Assembly: GCA_043228905.1 (NCBI GenBank)
Contig: JBHGNT010000012.1
Span: forward strand, 13,454,001-13,518,000
Reading direction: 5' to 3'
DNA from: Azolla caroliniana
Lineage: Eukaryota > Plantae > Polypodiophyta
Length of the DNA stretch: 64,000 bases
Made by a program: the position numbers and the translations under genes. Below the pieces are notes generated by a model. It was not told the DNA's origin and searched no databases. It saw nothing but the letters and a program-made list of their open reading frames with translations. Positions 40,703-51,300 of this stretch are shown here, piece after piece (position 1 is the first letter of the stretch; the number at the start of each line of letters is the position of its first letter).

Positions 40703-41045
40703 ATGCATGCATGCATGCGGCAAACTCAACTCGCCTGTCATTGCCTCTGAAAGACAAAAAAAAAAAAAAAGAAAAAAAAAGAAAAAAGAAGAAGAAGAAA
40801 GAGGAAAAAAGAGAATGGTGGAGAGATGTTCATTGACTTCAGTGAAGGCAAGATCGATCGATCGATCGATCGATCTAGAGTGAGAGTGAGAGTGAGAGAG
40901 TGAGAGGTGCATGCGTGCGCGCCCACGTGATAGCCACGTACGACTGACTAGTGCCAGCGGAGTTGTTCCCTCCCCTCCCCTCCCCTTCCCTTCCCCTTCT
41001 TATACAGACAGCCCATTACCCAGGTAGCCATAGCCAAGAAAGCCA

Positions 41046-41081
<36 letters not shown>

Positions 41082-41148
41082 GCCCCTGCCCCTGCCCCTG
41101 CCCCTGCCCCTACTCGACGCGACTCGTCTTCGATATCTCTTTATATAA
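40703..41148 (+). promoter_or_regulatory. Putative FLA promoter with RY repeats, G-box/ABRE pair, GA tracts and TATA-like motifs
   Basis: (ATGC)4 at 40703-40718; TGCATG 40908-40913; CACGTG 40924-40929; GCCACGT 40933-40939; TTATATAA 41141-41148. Confidence 0.45.
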
Positions 41149-41282
41149 TCAATCAATCTCATATCTCAATCTGCTTTTATCTTTCCCCCCCGAGAAGAGA
41201 AAGGAAAGAAGGCAGCTGCTGCTTAATCCGAAATCCTTTTTTTTGGTTATATTAATTAATTTATTTAAACTACAGTGTTACT

Positions 41283-42038
41283 ATGGCTGCCGCAGCTCCT
41301 CCACGCAATGCTTTCTCCTTCTTCTTCTTGCTATTGGCTGCGGCCTTGTACCTCTCATCATCATCTTTTTCGGCGTCTGCGCAGACTGTGCCCAACGTGA
41401 CGGACGTCCTGACGAAGGCCGGCAATTTCAGCATCTTCCTGCAACTGGCGGGCGCGGCCAACGTGACGCAAGCTCTGCAGAACTTCATCACCCCCGCCAA
41501 CACGACGGGCGCGACGGCGTTCATCCCTGTGGACTCGGCCTTCACGGACGACATAAAGAAGGCATACGGGAATCTGAGCCCCGTGAATCAGAGCCTTGTC
41601 CTTTACTACCACGTCATCCCCAAGTTCTACAACCCGACGGACATTCTCAACGTGTCGGATGTGGCCACCCTCGCCTCTAACTCCTCCGCCTCCGCCTTCC
41701 GCCTCCATGCCGTCAATCGATCCAGCAGCTCCGGCGTCGTCACCGTCTATGGCAATCGCAACTCCGCTAACTTTACCAACATAACCGGCTTCCCCCTCAC
41801 TGCCGTCCCCATCGCTGTCTTCCCCATTGACGCCGTCCTTCTCCCTAAAGAAATCTTCGGTAACTCCTCCTCCTCCTCCTCCTCCTCCAACGCCACTGTC
41901 AAAGCACCTGCACCTTCTCCTTCTCCTTCTCCTTCTCCTTCCAGCTCCAGCGCACACCACACGGCCGCCCATGCCACCACCCTCTTCATCTCCCTTTCCG
42001 TCCTCCTCCTCTCCTTCCACCTCATCTCACTAGCATAG
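41283..42038 (+). CDS. FLA: Fasciclin-like arabinogalactan protein (one FAS1 domain, signal peptide, predicted GPI anchor)
   Basis: Hydrophobic N-terminus; H1 ATAFIPVDSAF; LYYHVIP motif; H2 IAVFPIDAVLLPKEIFG; APAPSPSPSP glycomodule; hydrophobic C-terminal tail; GC-rich intronless 251-aa ORF. Confidence 0.93.
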   Translation: MAAAAPPRNAFSFFFLLLAAALYLSSSSFSASAQTVPNVTDVLTKAGNFSIFLQLAGAANVTQALQNFITPANTTGATAFIPVDSAFTDDIKKAYGNLSPVNQSLVLYYHVIPKFYNPTDILNVSDVATLASNSSASAFRLHAVNRSSSSGVVTVYGNRNSANFTNITGFPLTAVPIAVFPIDAVLLPKEIFGNSSSSSSSSNATVKAPAPSPSPSPSPSSSSAHHTAAHATTLFISLSVLLLSFHLISLA

Positions 42039-43077
42039 CCATCAATCAATCAATCATGAATGAATGAACCCCCGCCCCCCCCCCCCCCCCCTCCCCTGTC
42101 TTTCGTGCATGCCGTCTTCCTTCCATTCCTTTTTTTTTTTTGTTTTTTATGTTCTCTCTTTCCTTTCCCATCTGATTTCTCATTTTACCACAAACTCTAC
42201 AATTCCAATCATTTGTGAGACCACATTTACAATCCCCCTCATTTTTGTAATAAGGAATAATGGTGTGCCATACACCATATATATGGTGTGGTTTGGAATG
42301 ATCTATATCTATCTATAAATTATCCATATATGTAACAAATACATAATATATATTTATTGATTTCTATACGGCATCGTGTTGTGTTATAATAATATGTATA
42401 ATTGTGTGTCGTCGTGTGTGGCTCGCTCATATCATAGTGGGTCAAGAGCACTCTTTAATTTTTTATGATGGTGAAAAAGGAAAAGTAAAGGAGCACTCAT
42501 ATCCTTGTATTTTTTTTTTGGCTTTTAGATTTCTTATAAAAAAGAAACAAATCATGTTGGCTTTTTTGGAAGATGATATTCAATGCTTCTTTGCTTGCAT
42601 GTGCGCCACCCCTCGCCTCCCCTCCCCTTTGTACTCTTAAAAAAAACCTAGAAAAATCGTTCCAGCTTTGGAAGATAGGTACATATTTTGAATTATTAGG
42701 CGATGTCATTGACAATTGTATTTCAATGTTCTTTGTTTGTATTTGGATCCCCTTTTTTCTTATTCTTGGAAAAATAATGTTCGTGGTCTTTGTACATATT
42801 TCATTCATGTTGGTTTGGGAAGACAGATAATTATTATTGATGTTGGTTTGGGAAGGTGGTTCCAAATTTAATGCTCTTTGCATTTGATATATTTCATTAT
42901 ATTCAATTTTTTGACCAAATCCTTATATTAGTACATGAAAAAATTTATCCTATTTTGTCCTTCCTCTTAAGAGGATATAAATTTGTTTATCCAAACGTGT
43001 TGACGAATGTGAGTATCTAGGACACTTTGAGATTCTGAAGTCTATGATCTCTAGCATATGTTCTCTATAGGGAAACA

Positions 43078-43420
43078 CTATTTTTGCACCCAAGGTACAC
43101 ACAATGGCAGGTATGATTTTGCACCAAAGGTACACAAAGGCACCAACGGTACACATGTGTACTGCTGCAAGTATGATCGACTATTTTGCACCAAAGGTAC
43201 ACAACGACAAGTAGATTAGGTATGATTTTGCACCAAAGGTACACAACAGGCACCAACGGTACACAACTGTTGCAAGTATGATCGACTATTTTGCACCAAA
43301 GGTACACAACGGCAAGTAGATTAGGTATGATTTTGCACCAAAGGTACACAAAGGCACCAACGGTACACAACTGTTGCAAGTATGATTGACTATTTTGCAC
43401 CAAAGGTACACAACGGCAAC
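43078..43420. repeat. Tandem array with core TTTTGCACCAAAGGTACACAA and a ~105-bp higher-order unit
   Basis: About seven core copies with alternating recurrent linkers. Confidence 0.85.
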
Positions 43421-43927
43421 TATGAATCTACTATTGATCATGATCTTTTAAATAATTCGTAGTTATTTGAAATAATTTCTCATTGCTTTCCTCAAATTAT
43501 AGCATGTTTCCAAAGAGAGCACAAATTTTTAATGGAGGCCTGTTTTGTGGCCTCCATTAGATACTTGACGTACAAATGATTTTGTATGTTTTTAGTATTT
43601 TAGGAGAACCATCAATTTGTGTTGGTTTGTCACACCACTTTATTTAGTTGTATATTTGTGACAAGTTTATACGTTTGTGGAGAAAGTATATATCCACATG
43701 TGGATATATATGGCTTAGAGGCTAAAGGGTATGCGCAAATGTTCCCGATACATGATACGCGTCTATTTTGACATGAATGGCATTTCCACATTAACAATCT
43801 ACATGTTTGGGGACTAAAAGTATGTCCACAAGCAATATAATATATATTTGAGGAGTGATAAATGGTGTAAGAACTAAAAGGTATGTGCTCCATAGAATGA
43901 ATATGGAGGAATGGTAAATATATGGCA

Positions 43928-44030
43928 GAATAAGTGAGAATATTAAAAATATGAATGTAAAAATAAGTGACAATATTAAAAACATGGATGTAAAAATAAG
44001 TGACAATATTAAAAACATAGATGTAAATAA
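43928..44030. repeat. 33-bp minisatellite, ~3 copies
   Basis: AAAATAAGTGACAATATTAAAAACATGGATGTA repeated. Confidence 0.8.
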
Positions 44031-44929
44031 TGGAACTAGAGGCCCAAGGGTAGGGGATAACTTTGTTAAAATTGTGATAGGAGTACTAACCAGAGATATT
44101 GTGATGCAAGTTTTTTATGGCAAACAAAAGTAAGAATCTATGATACACTAGAATTTTATGCAAGTTATTTATGGCAAACAAAAGGAAGAATTTGCTATAC
44201 ACCACCATTTTTAACGTAGGGAACCCACTATGATAAACAAAGAAAAGATACAACAATGTTTACTCTAGATATACTCAATTGTTACATGAAACAAGAGTAC
44301 ATCACAAAACCCAACAAAGCAATAATAGCATAAACACTCATTGCACATAGTAGGTGATGAAGGCAGTGATGCCCATAGATGTCACAAGGAGTCGATGGAG
44401 GAAGCAAGGAAGGATTGAATCATGTTCTCAAGGTTTAGCTCCACGCAATCTTTGATTCTTCCCATTTCTAATAAATTTTTAAACATGAACTCTATACATT
44501 GTATCGAGTTGATGTAAAAAATAGAGTTTTTATCACAATTTCATACAATGTATTGAATTCATGGTCAAAGTTTTTTTTTTCCAGATTTATAAAGAAATAT
44601 ATTTTTTTTTTGCAGCTTGAATTGATGAAAAAACCGAGTTTTCCTCACAATTTGATAAATGTATCCAGTTCATGTTTAAAGTATTTATTTATTTATTTAT
44701 TATTTTTTATACGTTTTTTCAATTTCTTATTTTGTTTTTTGCAGGGGAAAAAAACTTTAAACATGAATTCGATACATTGTATTGAATTGTGATGAAAACT
44801 TTGGTTCTTTCATCAACTCAAGCTCAAATTGTTTTTTCAAAAGAGAAAACCAAAGAAAATAAAATAAATTGAAAAAAATTGAAAAAAATTAAAATAAAAA
44901 CAAGAAAAAAACTTTAAACATGAATTAAT

Positions 44930-45567
44930 GATGTTGCTTTTCGTCTCAATCTACCGCTACAACTATGAATACATCCGGTATTTCATAGTTGTCTTCTAGA
45001 ACTCTATCAGGATAGAACTATCCCAGGTCGTATCAAACCCCCTTCACCCCCAATTGAACTTGAAGATGGACCTGAGTACAAGGTTGCCGCCATCCTCGAT
45101 TCTAAGATTGTTCGCAACAAGCTCTACTATTTGGTCGATTGGCTAGGATATAGTTCCAACGAGCGTAATTGGGAACCAAGAGAGAATGTGACCAATGCTC
45201 GTGCTCTTCTTGAAGGCTTCCATCGACAATATCCAAACAAATCGGGTCCCCAATTCCAAACGACTCATAACACTCGTCGTTTTAACGAGAGGATAATGTC
45301 ATGATATGGCAAGATTCGAACCCATGACCTTACGTTACATGGGTCGAGCCCTTACCATTAGACCAGATACATTGTAATACAAAATTTATTATTTCACTAT
45401 AGAAAATTGATGTATATTCCAAATTTCTCTGGAACATTCTAGAAACTTTAGGAGTACTCCTGAAAACACTATATAAGGAGGCACAAGGAATTCTTTCGAA
45501 CCAAATCGGTTCAACGCCAGTTTTAAGCCTCCTAGCTATCCTTGTATATTCTGTCTGGGTGAAAGCA
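44930..45567 (+). mobile_element. Tcn1-like chromovirus 3' fragment (integrase end, chromodomain, PPT, LTR from 45297)
   Basis: IHPVFH...EYKVAAILDSKIVRNKLYYLVDWLGYSSNERNWEPRENV; PPT GAGAGGATAA then TG; the LTR end is uncertain. Confidence 0.75.
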
Positions 45568-45799
45568 TGTGAGTGGAAACAATTAGCTATGTCCATGTCA
45601 TAGCTAATTAGCTATGCAAAAAGCTACCATTGAAAATAGTAGAGAGTTTTAATTATATAATGAGCACCATAAATGTGCAACATAAATTTATATGTGCACC
45701 ATAAATTATATACCGAATTCCTAGGTCCATTATGCATGATCCTTTGCCACATCACATGGGCCATCTCTGGTTGAGTATTCTGGCTTAGATTACTACTAG

Positions 45800-46835
45800 T
45801 GTTGCTAAATACTATTGAGTCCACTCCTCCATTGCCACCATTCTACACTCAGTTACCGACAATGTGCGGTCCAAGTATCATCTGCCAAGTTCATTCCTCC
45901 ATTGCCGCCACTCTACACTCAGTTGTCGTTACTGTGAAGGTCGTATATTGCTGCCACTTTTTGATCCGACATAATAAACTCCTTCTCCACTATCACCATT
46001 CTACTCTCAGTTGCTGTGACTGTGCGTTCCAAGCATATTCTGCCACTATTCCATCTAACGGAGTTCACTTCTCCATTGCCATCACTCTACACTTAGTTAC
46101 CGCTACTATTCGGTTCTAGATTGCTGCCACTTTTCGATTTGACGGAGTTCACTCATCCATTGCCATCATTTTACACTTAGTTGTCGCTACTGTTCGGTCG
46201 TGTATTGCTGCCACTTTTCGATCTGAGGGAGTTCACTCCTTCTCCACTGTTGCCATTCTATTCTCAGTTGTCATCACTGTGCGTTCCAAGCATCATCTGC
46301 CACTGTTCGATCTGACGGAGTTCACTCCTCCATTGCCATCATTCTACACTCAATTGCTGCCATTGTTCGGTCCTGGATTGTCAAAACTGTTCGATCAAAT
46401 GGAGTTCACTCCTCCACTACTGCCATTCTACACTCAGTTGCGACCACTATTCGGTTCTAGATTGCTGCCACTTTTCGATTTGACGGAGTTCACTCATCCA
46501 TTGCCATCATTCTACACTTAGTTGCCGCTACTGTTCGGTCGTGTATTGCTGCCACTTTTCGATCTGAGGGAGTTCACTCCTTCTCCACTGTTGCCATTCT
46601 ATTCTCAGTTGTCATCACTGTGCGTTCCAAGCATCATCTGCCACTGTTCGATCTGACGGAGTTCACTCCTCCATTGCCATCATTCTACACTCAATTGCTG
46701 CCATTGTTCGGTCCTGGATTGTCAAAACTGTTCGATCAAATGGAGTTCACTCCTCCACTACTGCCATTCTACACTCAGTTGCGACCACTATTCGGCCCTG
46801 GATTACCGCCACAGTTCGGTCTTGGATTTGAATAA
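45800..46835. repeat. 84-bp minisatellite with a 341-bp higher-order duplication
   Basis: GAGTTCACT anchors at 46318, 46402, 46486, 46570, 46659 and 46743; ORFs 46279 and 46620 are offset by 341. Confidence 0.9.
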
Positions 46836-47016
46836 CTATTCTGTCTATTGATTATCTTGTGTATTGTTTTGTATAATCTTGTGTATTGCGGAATATTTTT
46901 GTGTATTGTTGTTGCCCATAGACATCTTTAATACGTGTCTTTTTTTTTGGAAAATTGGGGTTTAAACTCGTCAAGCCAAATGGAAGGGGAAGGAGGGTGT
47001 TTAGAATTACCCCTTA

Positions 47017-47675
47017 ATGATTATCAAGATAGGGATGACGCTATTAGGACACAACAAACAATACGAAAGTATTGGGCAGAAAAAAAAAAGAAAACATCGT
47101 CAATTGTTGAAGGATACGAAAGCCACACTCATTAAAGGTAAAGATAGTATTGGTTGCGATATAGGTCTAAATATCACTGAGAATGGAAGTAATGAGACAA
47201 CTATCATAGAGAGAAAGGTTGTAGACTATTTTAATGTTCAAACCAAGCACATCAACAATGAAGACAAGAAGGTAGTACTTTATGGAATATTAAATGATCC
47301 ATCAATAAAGGAGTTAGTTGATTGTGATGGTCTTGATGCAAACATAACATTTTTACTAGTAAATAATCTCCATAATAGTTTCGTATCCATGAGCAGGTCA
47401 GAAGATGATATTTTCTTAAAAAGGTCTAGTCTAATGATGTTACTTAATAGTGATGTTGACAATATTAACATCAATGTGCTATCTAAGGTAATTGGTGTTA
47501 GTAGAAAAAGTGTGTACAATACATTGAACCGGATAGTTTCCTCGGGTGAAGGAACTAGTCTGCTAAAGCTAACAACAAGATGTAAGCCAATGACACCCAT
47601 AACATCAGAAATCAAGGATATAATCACAATATTTTGGACTAATGAGAGTAGGGTTTCACCCAATAAGAAGGATGT
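47017..47675 (+). pseudogene. N-terminal portion of a Sola2-like transposase
   Basis: HTH-like LSKVIGVSRKSVY and IFWTNESRVSPNKKDV, a motif recalled from the region before the Cys-rich domain of this group; collinear with 53963-55015. Confidence 0.55.
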
Positions 47676-48190
47676 AAAGAATAAAGAGATGGATTCTTGT
47701 GAAGCAGAATAGGTGTGAACTGTGTGTGTGTGTGTGAGATTGAGAGAGAGAGAGAGAGAGACCCACAGAGTATACGCAAGGTTAAAAGTTTTTTTGACAA
47801 AGGAGAAAGACTCAACATTGTACAAGGTGGGAGGAGGGTGCATTATGTAGTCACCCTCTCTCTTCATTAACTACAAGCCTCATGGAGCATGGGGAATGTG
47901 AAAGCTCATAAGTTATGTGTCATAGAATATGATTCAATGACTCATACTAAATGCTAGAATACAAAGTGGTGACATAATGGTGACTCTTGACCGTTGGAGT
48001 GTATCTTCACTCTCAAGGTGAGTTCACACACTAGACCAAGTTGAGCTTGATTCTCAACAAAGGATTTATGCAGGAAATGTGTTGGAAGGAGTCAATACGA
48101 GGAGCATCCCATTCATCTTCTTGATGTACCTCAAGTATTTACATTTATCTCAACATTTGTTTTGACTTTTGAGCTTAGTTAGTTAGCTTA

Positions 48191-48299
48191 TGTAAAAGAA
48201 TACGTGTGCGGAAGCGTATGCGAAACACAGAGTATACACAATTTGGAGAACGACAGTTTGGTAAAACACAGAAAACGCAGAGATGGAGATGGAGATGGA

Positions 48300-48365
<66 letters not shown>

Positions 48366-51300
48366 AGACAACTCAGTTCTATTTCAAAATAATGACACTC
48401 TGTTCATACTTCGTGCTCAGTGAGCACCTTTTATACAAGCCCTGACTATCGGGCTGACACAAGTACTGACAGTACTTGACTGCTCATAAATGAGCCTACT
48501 ACACTAACTCCCAAAATTATTCCTTACGAGGAATACCGTACTAACGGCCTTTTGGTTTACGCATCGATACGACCACGTTATGCATACTGTTTTACGCACC
48601 CAGTCTGCGCACTGGGTTACGCATTGTGTTACGCAGCCAATGTTGAGCTTGTCACTCAACACTCCCCCTCAAGCTTAACTTGAAGTTCCACATGCTCCTT
48701 TGGATCTTCACTCCGGCTTCTCCTGGCTTCACGCCTTGCTCACGCTCCTTGACCTGTTCGTTTCCGCGCTCCTGGACCCTTTTGATCGGCTAGTCTGCTC
48801 ATTTGGCCCTTCTCAACTCCCTTGTTGTTGTGGTGTTGGCGCCTCTTCCACTGCCCTTTCCTCCGCTTGGTCCTCAGTCGATTCATAATATTTGAATCGA
48901 ACATGTCTATTGAATCGGTCTCTGCTGATTCAATTCCACTTACATCCGAATTGGCTATCTCCAATTCGTCTTCAGTCTTTAGGCCTTTGACAATGTCAGA
49001 CCACATCTTGGTCTTGGCCTGACCTCCCCCTGATTCGGTTGTCCTCGGCTTTTCCTACGATTACGACCCTTGCTCTCTTCTTCGGCTTCTTCAGCAGGCT
49101 CGAAATCGAATTCTATATCCGACTCCGCATCACGGTCACTTCCGCCACGATGATCACCTCCGCTCCTTTCACTCTCTTGTTCCAAGAGGCTTGGTGAAAA
49201 TTTCGGCAACCTGTCGATCCATTGGAACATACGCTAGTTTGACGTCACCTAAAAGGAGCCACTCGTAGACAAAATGGTAATGCACCTCAATTTGCTTGGT
49301 TCGGGCGTGGAATACAGGGTTTTTTGCAAGGTGGATACTGCTAAGGTTGTCGCAATAGATCATCGTCGGATTGGACACCTCCACATGCAGATCTCGTAAC
49401 AGTCGTTTCAGCCAAATGACTTCGCACGTAGCGACAGTCGCCCCTCAATATTCAGCCTCCGTGCTCGACAGTGCTACTATCGGTTGCTTCTTACTGCTCC
49501 ACGCGATCACCACACTTCCTAATGAGAAGGTGTATCCGGATGTGGATCTATGATCACTGGCGTTTCCGGCCCAATCGACATTTGTGTAGCCAACCAACTG
49601 TTCGGCTACGCCAACCCGATACAGCAACATCATGTCTTTCGTGCTGCTGACATATTGCAATATCCTTTGCGAGCACTGAAAGTGTTCAGCCGTAGGTTGC
49701 AACATAAACTGACTGATCAGTCCGACTGGGTAGTTGAGGTCCGGCCTGGTGATCGTCAAATATATCAGGCTTCCGACAATCTGTCGAAACTATGTTTGGT
49801 CGCATGCCTTTCCCGAATCTCGGCAAAGCTTTGCGTTTCTATCTAAAGGGGTCGAGATGGGTTTACAGTTGGCATCCCGAACTTGAAGAGCATATTTAGC
49901 GCATAATGACGTTGGCTGATCAATATGCCTTGGGGGGCACGGATAACTTCGATCTTGAGGAAGTAATGAATGCCTCCAATATCCTTCATTTCGAATGATG
50001 CCGCAAGCTGTGACTTTACACAAAGGGTTTTGGCCAGGTCGGCACCGGCGATGACTAAATCATCAACATACAGTAGAAGGCTTATCGGTCCATATTGACC
50101 TTTCTGAACAAATAGTGAAGAGTCTGATTTTGACGTTGTAAACCCCATCCTACGCAACTGTTGCATAATCTTCGCGTTCCAGGCTTGCGAGGCTTTGTTA
50201 AGTCCGTAGAGTGACTTCTTCAGTCGGCAAACTGCTGAAGTGTTTTGTTCGGATAGAAATCCGGGGGGTTATACAATGTACACCTGTTCCTCAAGATCAC
50301 CCATCTGATGTAAGCGACGACTAGCAGAACACGCAAGGTAGTCATCTTCGCGATAGGCGCGAAGGTCTCATCATAGTCCACGCCGTGCTTCTGTGCGTAG
50401 CCTTTCGCAACTAAACGGGCCTTGTATCGATTGACTGAGCCGTCGGTATTGTATTTCACTTTATACACCCACCTACATCCGATCGGCTTTACACCCTTCG
50501 GTGCGTCAACCAGGTTCCAAGTCTCATTATCAGTCAAAGCGCGCATCTCTTCCTCCATTGCGGCATGCCAGTTCGCATCTCTTTTGTCGCTTCTGCGTAG
50601 CTCTCCGGCTCACGCACTTCCGCCACTCGCGTCATGTACGCGTAATGATGCACTATGTACTCATTATACCCATACCTCTTTACAGGGTTCTTCAGGCGGG
50701 TAGATCGGGGTAATTCGAGATTACCCAATTTCACAACCTTTTCGGCTAATGTCAACTGCTTCCGTGGAGGTTCCTTTTCAGTTTGCCCGTAGTCAGACTC
50801 GCTCCGATTTGACTCGGCATTGTCGAAATCGTACTCCGACATCTTTTTCTTCCCTTTCTCCTTGCGCGTAAACCGTCTCCTCGGTTCTTTACGCGGGGAC
50901 ATCATGGATGAGTCTTCACTGCTCGCCGTCTCTTCAATAGGTTGGTCATTTTGGCTCAACCCTTCATTCGGCCCACTTAGCCGAAATGAGATCAGACTCT
51001 CTCATTAGAGCTCCGATTTCCTCATCATGCGGAGGCATCTCAGCCTCGCTAACTTCTCCTTTAGAATTCGGAATGGAGTCATGAGGTACTAGAGGGGAAG
51101 GAAAGTACCACGAAGCGGACTCGTCGAACACAACATCTCGATTTACCCGTACTTCCTTTGTTCGGGGGTGATAACACTTATACCCCTTCTGCTCGTCTAG
51201 ATAGTCGACTAAGATGCACTTTTCAGTTTTGGTGTGCAACTTCCTCCTCTTTTCCTTCAGCACATGCACATATGCAAATGCTACCGAAAATCCTCAAGTG

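Noticed and set aside
41361-42049. Gly/Glu-rich antisense ORFs over the FLA
   Set aside because: Shadow frames of a GC-rich, low-complexity CDS.
43078-43420. CRISPR-like repeat-spacer pattern
   Set aside because: The linkers recur rather than being unique, the context is eukaryotic, and there are no cas genes.
47673-48155. Solo LTR interrupting the transposase
   Set aside because: It has TG...CA ends and LTR-like composition, but no TSD and no partner in the window, so it is left unannotated.
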